This document shows, in pieces, positions 13,536 through 26,945 of a stretch of 64,000 nucleotides of DNA; position 1 is the stretch's first letter, and every line of letters begins with the position of its first letter. This stretch comes from Vicugna vicugna. Its lineage: Eukaryota. The stretch covers positions 1,054,001 to 1,118,000 of the forward strand of contig MU058059.1 in the NCBI GenBank assembly GCA_013265495.1, read 5' to 3'. The translations under genes were made by a program, and so were the position numbers. Below the pieces are notes generated by a model that was given only the letters and a program-made list of their open reading frames with translations, had not been told where the DNA came from and did no database searches.

Positions 13536-13909
13536 ATGACTTCATTTTCTCACTCTGGGTTCAAGGACACTAAAAATTCTGGGCTGAAAATGATGCAGGA
13601 ACTAACTGAAATACGATTCTTCAGCACTTCTTTCATTCATTACGCCACCTCCACTGCACAAGGAAAGTTCTCGTTGCTGGAGCAGGTGGGGGGAGGGGAA
13701 AGAAGACACTTACTTTTAGAAATCTGAATCCCTATTGCACTGTTATGTATACCATATGCCAGGCACTTAACTAAGTGTACAAGGCAATACATGATCCTAG
13801 AAATTATACTTGTGCTCGGCCTCGTCAGTTAAACTGAAAGTTGCTGGAGGGCACAACAGCATTGACTCCTTCAGAATCCAGCACACAGTGAGTCCTGAAT
13901 GAAAAGAGT

Positions 13910-14318
13910 GGGTGGACCTAGAGATTATCACACTGAGTGAGGTAAATCAGACAGAGAAACACAAATATGTTACGGTATCACTTACACGTGGAATCTAAAA
14001 AATAATACAAGTGAACTTATTTCCAAAACAGAAACGGACTCACAGACATAGAATACAAACTTCCGGTTACCAGTAGGGAAAGGGGGGGAGGGATAAATTA
14101 GGAATACGGGATTAACAGATACACACCACTATATACACAATAGATAAATAACAAGGATTTACCATATAGAACAGGGAACTATATTCAATATCTTGTACTA
14201 ACCTATAACGGAAAAGAATCTGAAAAAAAATCTATGTATAACTGAATCACTTTGCCATACATCTGAAACTAACACAATATTGTCAATCAACTATATTTCA
14301 ATTTTTTTAAAAAGGAAA
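13910..14318 (+). mobile_element. L1 3' fragment
   Basis: ggtggacctagagattatcacactgagtga...acagggaactatattcaata...caactatatttcaat; possible TSD aaaagagt. Confidence 0.9.
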
Positions 14319-14404
14319 AACATAGGGATTAACTGGAAAGGTAAAAAAGAGTCAGTGTCAAGAAGGATTGTCTAAATTTTACATAGGTTAGTAATATGAT
14401 GTAG

Positions 14405-14560
14405 AGGAAAAAGCACTTAATGTGGAGAGACAGACTTGAGTTCAAATCCTGCCACACCTAGATAAGGTATTTGATTTCTCTGAGCCTCAGTTTCCTTGTC
14501 TGTAAGAGACCTGAGTGCCTAGTTCACAGGTGTTAGGAAGAGCACAGGCATGCTGTATAC
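14405..14560 (+). mobile_element. MIR
   Basis: agacagacttgagttcaaatcctgcc...tctctgagcctcagtttccttgtctgtaa. Confidence 0.75.
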
Positions 14561-15657
14561 ACAACAGCCGCCATGCAGGCGGCACACGGCAAGTTTCACT
14601 CCCCCGGGACCCGCGGCGGCTCAGCTCTAGGGCAAGTGCTGCACATCTGAAAATCCAGATGCTCGAGGGGACACTTCCCTCAGGTGAATTTCTCGGCGCT
14701 CTGCATCTCTCATCTGTTGATGCCGTCGTCAAGTCAGGTCATTTTCCTGTACGCATCACTTCCATGTAGGATTTAGTCCTTTTGGGACATACACACATTC
14801 TGTTCTTAGAACTCACTGGCAACAGATACAAGCACTGGAAATTCCCCTCTCGGAGAACAAAATACAAAGAAATTGAATACTACACTACAGTGACAATTAT
14901 TGAGTTGTAAAAAATAACATTATTGACACTTAGTGGCTGCTAAGGGGAAAAAATCTAAATCTTAAAGCTGGATGCAATATAAACATTTTCAAAATGTAAT
15001 TAGATGACATCATTGAAAATATTAAATAAAAATGTTAGTCTAAACTTTAAGTCCCTATTTATTAAAAAAAAAAGCAATTTCAAGCAGTAACTCAAAGTTT
15101 ACAGTGAAGACATCCAAACTGTTTCATTTAAGATTCTTGTCTTGTTACACCACCGAAAAATTGGATTTAAATCCGTTTACCACAGGCAAAGAAAATGTTT
15201 GCAATCTAAAACTGTATTTACACACATCTATAATGTACTTTTGCCTTTTCAAAAAGGTATAAAAGTAAGAATTTGTGGCAAATGAGGGAATGAAAAAGAA
15301 TGTTTCTATGTCCCTAAATTCCTTGGAGCTGTTGGAACCATAAGAGAGTTTTGTGAAATATCACTGTCTTTTGTTTTGCCTTCTTATCATAAAGGAGTGC
15401 ATTCAGCTAATTTTTACTCTCTCCTTAGATCCATACTATTTTTTCCTACCCTAAAACTTACACTAGGTGGAGCCCCATGTTCAAGATTTGGAGTGATTTT
15501 TAAAAGGGAAAGAAAAAAAAATTAACAATTGAAAGCAAAACCTAAAAGGCTCTTGCATTAAAAAAAATTTTTTTTAAATGTATCCTCAAAATCTACAGTA
15601 CCATCAGAAAAGACTTTTTCTTTCTAATAATAAAAACCATGATGATGAAGAGGACCA

Positions 15658-15856
15658 TTAACATTTACTTGGGAGAGACACTAAATGCAAAGCTACCACT
15701 AAAATTAAGTGACTTCCTCCACTGCCAGCGGTGGCACTACCATTCCAGAAGGACTCAGAAAATTCCAAGGACCTTCTTGAAGGTGAATTCTTTGGGAATC
15801 TATCAGAAATAGAACTGAAACAACTGGAAACTGTTCTGGGTGATCTTGACCCTGAG
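15658..15856 (+). pseudogene. TMOD3: Degenerate tropomodulin-3 (TMOD3-like) fragment: presumed 5'UTR plus first 42 codons
   Basis: 15731-15856 translates to VALPFQKDSENSKDLLEGEFFGNLSEIELKQLETVLGDLDPE, against the TMOD3 N-terminus as recalled, MALPFRKDLEKYKDLDEDELLGNLSETELKQLETVLDDLDPE. The start codon is GTG, similarity ends after DPE and a stop follows four codons later. Confidence 0.85.
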
Positions 15857-16754
15857 AGTCAAGGGCTATGAGGTCCTGAATTCGTTGCAAACATTACATT
15901 TCCTTTGGGGAGAAGGTACCCCGGGCATGGAGGGTAAATCTCTTCTGGACACTTGCAAAAATATTCCAGCAATGTTAATGCTCTCTGTGTCTCAAGAGGG
16001 CACAGTACCCAGATACTTCTGAATTCCAATGAAAGCTACACTGTTGTCGAAAACAGACTCTTAAACACACCAGAGCATAAGCAAAAGAGAGAACATCCCC
16101 AATGCATTCAGACCTCTAAGTTGTCGATGATGCAGAAATATTGAAAGGCCTGATCAGACATTTTGGGATGTCTGGGGAGGGAGGGGCTTCTGAATGGAAA
16201 AAAAAAAAACAATCAAAAAACCTGTTCAATTATGGGTCTGTAGAACTTGCTGTTAAAAATAGGCTCTCACTACTCTCCAGCCTCTCAGTGGACCTGAGCT
16301 GGAAGAGATAAGGCTTCCGAGATAACCCGGCAAACTTAGTGATCACTCACTGCTGTGTGATAAAAACAGCACCATCGCCCAGCTATCTCCCCGCGCCGCT
16401 GCGAGGTCAGCTCCTCTCTGTGCTATCTCTGGGCTGTCTTTCCAGCCCAACGTGCTTGAAATACAAAGTTCAGGCCAGCAGCGAGGAGAACCCTTGCCTG
16501 ATTCCCCAACGCTCGTGCTGACATAGCCGATGAGAATCTGTCCTAGGCAATAAAATGTGCTGGAATCTTTTTAATTTTTTTTCCCCAGATCTATACAAAA
16601 TCATGGGCCAGGCAAGACCGAGTTCTGCTGACAGTCGAATTATGTAGCAGAGTAACCTTTGAACAAGTACAAATCATCGACCTCACGTAAATTCTTCCCC
16701 AGAAAGTCCAAGAAACAGGTTCAATCAGGGTCAGATAGGCAGGAGGACACCTAC

Positions 16755-16799
16755 CACTAGCCCCAAGTATACAGCATGAAACACGACTGGGATTTATAC
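16755..16799 (-). other. Candidate 45-nt exon
   Basis: Minus: ctgattttcatactgtttggtttaacAG acceptor and GTG|GTAGGT donor in unique sequence. Confidence 0.25.
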
Positions 16800-18052
16800 C
16801 TGTTAAACCAAACAGTATGAAAATCAGAACATCACGTGCTTTGATGTTTGCCTCACGTTCTCCAGAGGCAAGCTGATTTTCCCTCTGCAAGCTGTTTACT
16901 AAATTCAAATGATTCTGCAACTATAAATGATTTATCGAAGCAAAACTATCACAGTAAAGAAGAAATGCACGAAGAGTGGGTCATCTTCTTCGATGACAGA
17001 GGTGAACTTTTAAAAAGAAGAAAAATTATCTAAGCTTTGGGTCCTCCAAGCATTTATTGGATAAAATAAATTCTCAATGAATTAGACAAACTATATTAAA
17101 TAGATAGCCTTTTTCAATACCTTTAAAATCGACAGTTTTCATGTAAAATGGATCATTAAAATTTGTATTTTCATACCAAGTTTTCATTGATGGCAAAGCT
17201 CTCTGTCCTTCTGCTATAAAATTTAATGGAATTTTCCAATTAGTTTTTCAAGTGGTGGAAAGTGGCACAGAAAATACATACTAACCCAAACACTGCACTT
17301 CCCCTAACCCTCCTGCCCATCTTGTAGCCAGTACTAATACTATGATAATAGTCTTACAATGTAAAGCTTATATTTTAATTGTTCCTTAGAAGATAGAGGT
17401 GGCCCAGAACCTTGCACCCACCTCTGGCGTGACTGATACAAAGGAGGTGACACTAAATCCAACAGGAAGGATCATACAGACTGGACAGATTTACAGCCCT
17501 TCAGCCTCCTCTCTTTACCTCCTGGGTAACAACTGAAGAAGAGCTGGAGGAGGAGAATGGCTAACCGACAGTTTAAAATCTTTAAATATGGGACTTTGGG
17601 GCCGACAGGGGGAAAAATGGTTGGTAGAGAAAGCTGTGGACTAAAGCAGACGGTAGAGTAAGTTTGCCAAGTTAATACTCTCATTCTCTACACGCCCGAG
17701 GAGGGAAGCACCTGATGAATCAATTGTTTCTCATTTTGCTGACGCTCCCTATTGGTTGTGAGGACAATTTCTTTCTAAGCAGAGTAATGTTTAACCACTT
17801 CCTTACCATCCACACTGCCTCCTAAGCAGAATTTAGAACTTTGCTATTGTAATTCGGCATACTTCGGTTTTTGCCCCTTTTTACTAAATCTTTGCGAGAG
17901 AGAGATAATGTCTTATTCATCAGCACTGTCATCATTTTAGCAATTAAAGACAAGGCAGGGAAAACAAAGGAACTGCACGTACACAGAAGTCATTAAAAGG
18001 AAGGGGAAGTCCTGCTTAAGTGAAACGGAGGTGAATAAAGGCACCCACTTCA

Positions 18053-18745
18053 AGGAGTGCCCTCCTACACCGTTGGTGGGAGTGTAGTTTGGTGCAGCCA
18101 CTGTGGAAAACAGTTTGGAGACTCCTTAAGAAATTAAAAACAAACTTACGATATGATCCAGCAATCCCACTCCTGGGCATATATCCAGAGGGAACTCTAA
18201 TTCGAAAAGACACATGCACCCCAACGTTCATAGCAGCACTATTTGCAAGAGCCAAGACATGGAAACAATCTAAATGTCCGCTGACAGATGCCTGGATGAA
18301 GAAGCTGAGGTATATTTATGCAACAGAGTACTACTCAGCCACAGTAAGAATGAAATCATGCCATTTGTAGCAACATGGATGGACCTAGATAAGATTACCA
18401 CACTAAGTGAAGTAAGTCAGAAAGAGAAAGACAAATGTCATATGATACCACTTACATGTGGGATCTAGAAAAAAAAAAAGATACAAATGAACTCACTCAC
18501 AAAACAGAAATAGACTCACAGACATAGAAAACAAACTTATGGTTACCAGCGTGGAAAGGGTGGGAGGAAGGGATAAATTAGGAGTTTGGGATTAGCAGAT
18601 ACAAACTACTATGTATAAAACAGATAAACAACAGGGTCCTGCGGCATAGCACAGGGAGCTACATTCAGTGTACATAATAACCTATAGTGGAAAAGAATAT
18701 ATATATATATATAAGTATGTATATAAAAAATATAAAACTGAAATA

Positions 18746-18783
<38 letters not shown>

Positions 18784-18852
18784 CTGAATCACTATGCTGT
18801 ACACCAGAATCTAACAAACACTGTAAATCAACTAAACTCCAATTAAAAAAAT
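18053..18852 (+). mobile_element. L1 fragment with ORF2 C-terminal remnant, 3'UTR and internal (TA)n
   Basis: ORF 18089-18370 [16 protein letters not shown]...[12 protein letters not shown]...[11 protein letters not shown] is the L1 ORF2 C-terminus. Partial TSD aataaaggc. Confidence 0.95.
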
Positions 18853-19119
18853 AATAAAGGCTCTTTCTTTTAAACACAGTGAAAACGAGCTGAGGCACAC
18901 ACAACGTCCATCCTGCATAGGGCTCCGCCGCCGGCGGGGACAGGGGCTCACAGGGCGCCAGGGAGGTGATTATAGGACAACATCACAGAGCAAGGCCTGC
19001 AGGCGACCACAGGCCCAGCCCCAGAATTGAAATCCAGTCCCATGTTTGGGGGCGTTTCTTCCCTACAGGGACCAAGCCTGAGAAGTACAAGCATTATCTC
19101 ATTTTCAGAGCCTGGGAAT

Positions 19120-19248
19120 ATTAACTTACGGTGAAGAAGAATATGAAGTCAAATATGGGTGTGTTGACGTAGGACTGAAGCTCTATGCTGCACACCGGAA
19201 ACCGACACAACGTTGTAAGCTGACTATACTTCAATTAAAAAAAAATAC

Positions 19249-19282
<34 letters not shown>

Positions 19283-19290
19283 TCACACAG
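19120..19290 (+). mobile_element. L1 3' terminus with (TA)n(CA)n tail
   Basis: gactgaagctctatgctgcacaccggaaaccgacacaacgttgtaagctgactatacttcaatt(A)n. Confidence 0.8.
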
Positions 19291-19951
19291 ACTGGGAATG
19301 AAATAGAGAAGAAGCAGTTAGGATTCTGATTTCATTGGCCACCGTAGGTTTTGGTAAGCATGCCCCTCCTTTCAATACATAGAGGTCATTGGTTGCAGAA
19401 GCTATAAAAGTTGAATGAGATCTTATTTCAGGCAGAAAAGTAAAAGCTAACATTTCCTGTTAGTCAAACTCAGGTCTCTGGAGGGTCAAAGCTCAGCTCA
19501 TGTGACATCTTGTTCCAAAGTTTCTTTCTGCTTTGAATTATGACCCATTGTCCAGATGTTATTACCCACCAGTGGCTTGAAATCTCCTTGATATTTGATT
19601 TTTTCTTTAAACAGTTTGTTTTTCGGTCCCACATCAGCTACTCTGGTGCTGCGTGTCTTTCAGGGAGTCCACAAATGTTTATAGAATGAGTAGCAGAAGT
19701 TTAAATATTTGGAATAGTTACAAACAATGCATTTGCTGCTTTTAGTGCTGCAAGGCTTAAAGCTTAAAGGGTCTTTTAAAAAAAATCACCTCTCCTGATT
19801 CAGAGAAAAATCCATTTTATTAAAACCATTTCTATTAATAGAGCAGATAGAAATGGCCCATGTGTTTCATTTCCTCCTCTTATGCCCCATTTCCCAAATT
19901 GACAGACATTTTGCTTGTCTTCCATTGATTTCACAAAAAAGTTCTGTGTCT

Positions 19952-20559
19952 CTACAGTGGACACTACGATATCCTGCCCAGGTCCTCTTATAAAAGTGAA
20001 GGATTTATACTCCTCCTGCTTCTAGAAGGGTTGCCAAGAGGCAGCCCTCAGCTGTCAGTCCTTTGTGGGGTTGCCTCCACTGAAGACAGCTGCCTTGCCC
20101 ACGTCACGCCCCCTCCAGGGGCAGCCTGCATCCCACGGGACCAGTCTACGAGGGGGGAAGAAGTGCTGGGGCCTTCTGGCTCTAGCTGGAAACAACCTGG
20201 AGGTCACCCCAGCTCCAGGGCTCCCTAGGGTGGTCTGGGGCCCTTCCAGGGATCACAGCCCCACCTCACATCTCCCTCTGCCCTGTCCTATGTTCCCCCT
20301 TGGCTTTGGTCCCAGGAGCTCTTGCTAACAAACACCTTGGCCAGCAAAGTCCATTTCACAGTCTATCTTCAAGAACTACAACCTGGGGGGGGGAAATATA
20401 GTTCAAGTGGTAGAGTGCATGCTTAGCATGCACAAGGTCCTGGGTTCAATCCCCAGTACCTCCTCTAAAAATAAATAAATAATAATAAATAAACCTAATT
20501 GCCTCCCTCCAAAAAAAGCAAAAACAAAAACAAACAAACAAGAAACACAACCTGTGACA
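19952..20559 (+). mobile_element. ERVL LTR (LTR16-like) interrupted near its 3' end by a SINE
   Basis: gcagccctcagctgtcagtcc...gaagacagctgccttgcccacgtcacgcccc; the terminal cctgtgaca resumes after the SINE. Confidence 0.6.
20386..20539 (+). mobile_element. Full-length tRNA-derived camelid-type SINE (Vic-1-like)
   Basis: G-run, A box tagttcaagtgg, B box gggttcaatccc, (AAAT)n and aacctaattgcctccc tail. 15-bp TSD aagaa(ct/ac)acaacctg at 20371-20385 and 20540-20554. Confidence 0.92.
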
Positions 20560-22904
20560 GCCTCCAGACATTAGGGGCTAGGCATAAAGACTTGTTAAAG
20601 GATGAAGTGCCAGTTCTTTCCGATTTGATGTAACAATGGGGGGCACATACAGGTAAATCCAGCACTCCCTTCCGACACGCTAAGACGCAGGAGGGAGGCC
20701 CATGCGGGTGCTCTAAGAGTCTAGTGGAGGCTCACAGCCAGGGGGGTGGAAGGAGAGGATGCCTATTGGGGCAAAATTCTTGCAGGAGCCATGTGTAAAA
20801 GACAAGTGGGAGTCACGAGATAAGGACAAGGTAAGGAAATTGAAGCAGGAGGAAGAAAGAGAAAAAAATAATGGATACATGGGAGCTCCTCGGATGCTAA
20901 AGGCAGGACACACCGGACACAGCAGGGGTGACACGTGACACAAGAACGGGCCCAAAGCAAAGCAGCGGATGCATTTGGTAGATGGTAATAGGACCGGGGA
21001 AAGCTAGCGGGGCATCCTAATGAGCTTTGTTTCTGACCTTCTTTTAGACCGAGACACAAGACACGCGGCTTTTCATGCAACCAACACTTCCAGGTTTCCC
21101 AGCTCCTCCCCTCTCCCAAAATGACTGCAGAATAAACAGCACAAAGCAGTGCAGACACTTCAGAAGGATGACAGTGGGATGGAGAACACCATCATACAAA
21201 CGTGTGAGTCATGGCATCGTCTACTATACACAGAATCAGTCTTTTAGAAGAAAAACTTTGGCGTGTAAGGTTTTCCAAAGTATCTTGTTTTCCTTTGAAA
21301 AGAACCTTGTCTTTTTTTTTCCCACACCCTCTATTACATGGGTAATACTAAACAAGTAAATAAGCATGGGCCATTGAAGAGTGACTATGTTACGCCCTGT
21401 ATAGATTTTAACTTTTATGTACATGACTTATCTTCTTGCAAGTTTTACTCCTTAGCATCACTGATCCTGTGATGTTTATTTGGTCATCATACTTCGTTGT
21501 TGTTGTGGGTCGGAACGTCCACAGCATCATTCAGGGCAACGCAGTGTTGGAGGTCTCTTTGCCTACGCTTGCCTTCCTTCTCACCTAGAAACTATCCATG
21601 AGTAACATCACAGAGACAAAGTTAACGCAAACAAAATTGCAGCTCGCAAGCCCTGCAGAAACTCTTGGGAAACAGAATTATTAGCTGTCCACCAGGAGCC
21701 GTTAGGTGATGAGGTAAGACGGCTGACGGTGTTACACAAGCCCCAGAGCACAGCCAGGCAGAACCTCCTCCTCTCTCCGTCTGTTGATCTATAGATAATC
21801 TGTTGATGGATTGATGAACTATCCATCGATCCACTTATCTATCTTACACACACAAGAAATAATATGGAATAAAAGTGAGTACAAACAATAACGCTATAGA
21901 GGTAAACCTGAATCCGGTCTGTTTTACTTAAAAAAGTAAATACTTTTAAATCTTTAATGCTCGGATTTATAATAGCAGCCCCTCACTGCGACACCCAGGC
22001 AGGTGATCAGCGCTCCGCGGGGCGCTGCCGTGCTGCGGTGGAGAAGCCCTCCTGCAAGCAAGACGGAACCGCTGGGGCGCTGGAAGCAAGAGACAGGCAC
22101 GGCCAGGCTCACAGCGTGGGTATGTCTCCCTGGTGCCAGGCGGAGGATGGCATGAAGATGGAAAGAAGGGTTTGGCACAGTGTTGGGAAACCCAGGTGAG
22201 ACGCGATGAGGAGCTGCGCACTCTGGGCAGGGCAATCCCAGCATCCTGGCCCAGCGCGTCCGTAGCTGGGCTCCGTCAACGCTGACACTTGTCAACGGAG
22301 AACCTCAGGAGATTCAAGCAGGGCGACTAGCTGACCAAGGCAGCGCTCTGCTTTTCCGGTCTCTCTTATTTTGAGAAGGGCCTTGTGACTCTGACTAACA
22401 CAGCAGAAAATTAGCTATTAGAGAAGTGCTCATGATTACATTTGGCAGTGCAGGAACTCTCAAAAACGAGTCGAAAATCTCAGTGGAATTTGTAGGAACC
22501 AGGGTTGATATGCATTTGGAAACATGTTGGCTTCTGTTGGATTTTTTTCCCCTGCAAAACTACCGTTAGTTCTTTTACCATATGATCATACTGCCAGATA
22601 CAAAGATATCAACTCCTCTAGAAACAGAAATTCACGCCCGCAGGGCCAAGCGCCCTACTAATCAACACATCTTTCACTCTAATCACTCCTGCCCCCCACC
22701 CCTGCCCTGACTGATGAGAACGCTTTGCGTAACTGCCAGATAAGAGACAAATTTAGTTGTCGGTGAGAAAGTATTGTCTGAGAGGCACCAAAATCCTGCC
22801 TTTGAAGATACAGAGGAGTCAAAGAGTATATCAAAATGGTCCAAGGAAAAGGTGTCTAAGTGAAAACATTTTATGACTCGAACCCCATGGTCTTCAGGTG
22901 AAGC

Positions 22905-23015
22905 TGTCCTTCAGTTTCCTCATCCATAAAACTGGATGACAGAAAGTCCCTGTGTCATGAGGTTGTTATGGAAATTAAATGAGATGCCTGGGCAGCCCGT
23001 CCCCCAGCGCCCGGG
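22905..23015 (+). mobile_element. MIR fragment
   Basis: cttcagtttcctcatccataaaactgg...gaggttgttatggaaattaaatgagatg. Confidence 0.7.
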
Positions 23016-24351
23016 AAGGAGGAAGTGATGAGGGTGATGATGACACATGATCGTGTCCATCACAGCATCGTGTCCGAGTGACAAGCCCATTTGCTTTTTT
23101 TTTTTTTAAGAGAATGATTCCATATTGACCAAACCAATAACTAGGCTGCAGAGCCAGCCTATCCTTATCAATGGAACTAAAGCAAATTAAAAAAAACCAA
23201 AGGGCCCATTAAGTCAAGAGATTCCTTAACAGACTAGAACGGGGCAGTAAAAGTGAAGGAAAAAGGGAAGCCGGGGAGGCCAACACCCTACAACAGAGTC
23301 AGATGGCAAACAACAGTCAGACACCCCGGCTTGTGCTTTGCTGCTTTTAGGACCAGAGATTTCTGGAGATTTCCTGAGCACCTCACAAATAAAGTGTTAT
23401 CTTCAGAGGAAGGCTTTCTAGGTCCCAGACACAGGGAGAATTCGCCCTATTTGGCTTGTGATCAGCTTAAAAGAAGTAGGTTCTGGCTACTGATTATTCC
23501 TGGAAGAGAAGGTGAGATTTTAAGGATGATTCTCTAGCTGGTTATCGCTCACGAGAAGGAGGGCAATGGAAAGACCTAGAGACACACACAGAGGGAAAGG
23601 CACGGTGTGAATCCCCCGAAAGATTCTAGATGCGGAACTGAAGAATCGTAACGTAACCCAAAAGGCAAAACAACTGATTAGGTGATGACTGTGTCAAATC
23701 AACCACTCACTGCTCAACAGATCACACTCACATGGCACATCATTTATGGGTAACGACATCGTCAAAAAGAAAGACCCCCAAACTGCTTACACCAGGATAG
23801 AAAGTCTTACAGACCTCCACGCCAGACTTCATGCTAATGCGCAACATCATTTTAGAAATTCCAGAAATACTAGATTGCAGGAACGAATGTGTTTGCTCCC
23901 AGCAAGTGACATCCTGCCACCTCCACCGGCTCAGGCAGCGACACGGCAGTGTGAAGTTTATTTAGAGGGAGACTCGGGGTGAAAGTGGAACTGATGACCA
24001 AGACCGTGATTTTCCCGGGGAGGTACACCTCAGCGGGTTCCTTCTTCCCAGGCATCAGCCGCGCTAAGTACTTTTCAAAATACAGAGGCACCTTTGGACC
24101 AGCCACTTTTATAGTATCATGCTAATCAAAGGTTTGTTGTTTTGTTTTGGGGTTTTTTTGGGAAGATGCTTCCTACATGCTTGATAACTAGAAAGAAATA
24201 GATTTAAAAATCTTTTTTTTTTTTTAAATTCAAACCCTGCCTGTCTAGTCTCCATTCCATAGCAAGAAGTCCACCAGCAGACGTAAACCCTCTCTCTGCT
24301 GCCCGGTCTGTGTGCAGAATAGTTGAGTGCCCAGTACATCCTTATCTCTCT

Positions 24352-24454
24352 CTCTCTCTCTTTTTTTTTTTTAGTGGATGTACTAGGGATTGAACCCAGG
24401 ACCTCATGCTTGCTAAGCATGTGCTCTACCAACGAGCTATTACCCCCCACCCCG
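24352..24454 (-). mobile_element. tRNA-derived camelid-type SINE
   Basis: tactagggattgaacccaggacctcatgcttgctaagcatgtgctctacc; TSD ccttatctctct at 24340-24351 and 24455-24466. Confidence 0.92.
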
Positions 24455-26434
24455 CCTTATCTCTCTTCTGGGAAAGCAAAGTTAGAGTTTGCTATTTAAC
24501 AGTTTTGCTACCTTGAGTTTTGAAACCATCTCCTAAGGACCTATTAAAGGGGGAGTTTTCATGTCAAGATTCCTGGTTCATTTAATACACATACAATCAG
24601 CAATGGATCATTTCCAGCGTGTTTATACTAGGAACAATGCAGGCATCACAAAACAAGCACGGTTCTATCTGCCACGAATGGTAACTATGAATATTTGAGA
24701 AGTGTGATTTACAGAAACAACTGAACAAGAGACTTTGAAAATTCCATTTCAAACTATGTGGGATATTTACAAATGGTTTTGTTATAAAAAAAAAAACTAT
24801 TCTTCAAACTCACATAAACCCTCTTCTTCAAAAAAAGAAAAGAAAAGAAAACCAACAGCAAAAATTTAAACATTAGCTCTAGTCATTGACCACGATTCAT
24901 CTTTGTTTTATTTGAATGTGGGTGCTCCCAAGAGCACACCTCAGAATTTCTCTCTCTAATGCAGGAAGATTAACTCTAACCGAAGGCATGTGGGGTGCCC
25001 GCAAGTGGCCACGAGGATTCGGAAGATATTTTCCCATCAAACAATTTCATTTGGCAGTTTTCTTCTTCCTCAGACAAAGAGAGAAATCAACAGCTTAAAC
25101 GTTAATTTCAGGACTCACCCACATCATCCGTGCCGCACGCCCAGAGACGATAACGTTTTCCCAGATGACGGGCAGGTCACCAGTCACGTTCCAAGCGGCA
25201 GCAAGGCAGGAAGGTGAGGAAGAAGAAGGAAACATAGATTAGGAATAACTCAGCAGCTGACAGCAGCTCACCCCTCTTCTGAGCTTGATAATGAGTTCAC
25301 CCCTTTCTAGAAATGTCCCCATTGCCAAGACACGGCGGGTTAAGGAGAGAGTCGCTATAGATAAACAAGGTAGGTAATTCATGAGGCATACGAAGGGACT
25401 CTCACTAACACTTCCATTTAGCAGTTGCAAAGAAGAGAAAATGCATGCAAACCACATTGGAACAGGTAATAGATGTTTCCAGGAAGAGACTATGAAAGAG
25501 CTGAATGGACCTATAGGAACATAAAAATGATTAAAGCAAGTCTGGACTAGAATGGGGGAAGGGAGTCTGCAACTGTTGCAAAGACTTGGGCTAACTCAAG
25601 GTCATAATCAGAAAACCTAGTAATATTATTTGTACATTCCAACAAGCATTTGACAAAAATAATTCTAGTTATGCATTTTCCAAGAGTATAAATTATTATC
25701 CATTTTAGACATGGCTCCTTAAAAAGTTGACTGCCTTGGGTTGTGGGCAGCGTGTGGTTCAGTTGGCTCCCCTTCGTCCCAGTGATGACTGGTGAATTTT
25801 CTTCCCATTGAGAACGTGCGAGCTTTAATGGTTCTGGCCAATGGGTACAGTCGCTCCTCTCTGGAATAGCAACTGTTTTTATTTCCTAGAGAATCAGAGA
25901 AGGGTATACACTGGTGCCTACATGAGTCACTATACTAGAACTATGCTGAGACGTCTGCTTTCAGTCACCTCCAGCCCACAGTCCCCATTGCCCTGTGCAC
26001 ACGGGTTGGCCTCATGGTGAGGGGACACCACCCCCATGGGGGGCGGACTCGGGGAATCGGGGTGGGTTCCGTGGTCCTTTAAAGGAACTGGGTGATCTTG
26101 ACAAGTCGTTAAACATCTGCTTTCTTGGGTGGAAAAAAGAGAGTGAAAGATGTCCTGGTTTTCTCATACAGTTATGATAGAGACTTTTAAAAGAATGCTT
26201 GAAAAAGACCTCTGGGAAACACCAAGCAAGCTAAATCCAGAGTGGGCTTTGGAATATCTCTAACGGTTGTCTGCCTCTCGGCAGGAGCGCTCAGCTCCTT
26301 CCCAGCAGATGAGAAACGTCCAGGTAAGACAGGATACGCTGCAGGCTCAGCCTCGCTCTCCAACCTTATTTCCTGTCATCCGTCAGTCAAACATTGGCTT
26401 ATTTCCAACCAAACGAAGGCCCATGTGTCTAGAG

Positions 26435-26945
26435 TAGTGATCATCCTTAAAATGTGGCCCAGGACCCCGGGAGGTCCTTAAGCCACTTCTGCGAGGCCCC
26501 TGAGATCACAACAGTTTTCCTAGTCACACTAAGACAGAATCTGCCTTTTCACTCTCATGCACTCAGGAGTGTACTGGGGAAGTTTCTAGAAGCTACATAA
26601 TACATAATACCTCACTCCCAGTCTCTAATACAGAAGCGGAAGCAGACATCAGAATCCACTCTCTTCTCTTAAGCCAGACATTAAAGAGATTTGCAGTAAC
26701 ACTTTAAATTATTTTTGTTTTGGAAACAGTTAACTTTCCTAAGAATATTTGTGTTCACACAGCATGGGCTTCTATGGTTACTTTTCAGCAAATTGAAACT
26801 AAGTATTTTAAAAATCTCTCACTTACTATTCCAAATGCAGCACATATCCATCAATACACCACACATAAACCCAAGCTCTTTGCGATCTGTGATCATTTTT
26901 AAGGACATATCGAGGTAGCAGGACTGAAATGTTTGAGAACTGAGA
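26435..26945 (+). mobile_element. hAT-Charlie (Charlie1-like) DNA transposon remnant
   Basis: aaaatgtggcccaggacccc...agaagcagacatcagaatcca...taagccagacattaaagagatttgca...tttgagaac. Shares sequence with the reverse complement of 56620-57805. Confidence 0.7.

Noticed and set aside
15705..15890. Minus-strand 61-aa ORF in the track
   Set aside because: Antisense shadow of the plus-strand TMOD3-like fragment.
18089..18468. ORFs with clear protein similarity
   Set aside because: Frameshifted L1 ORF2 C-terminal remnant, not a host gene.
20386..20465. tRNA-like sequence (also at 1564, 13440, 24352, 54091)
   Set aside because: SINE heads with A-rich tails and TSDs, not tRNA genes.
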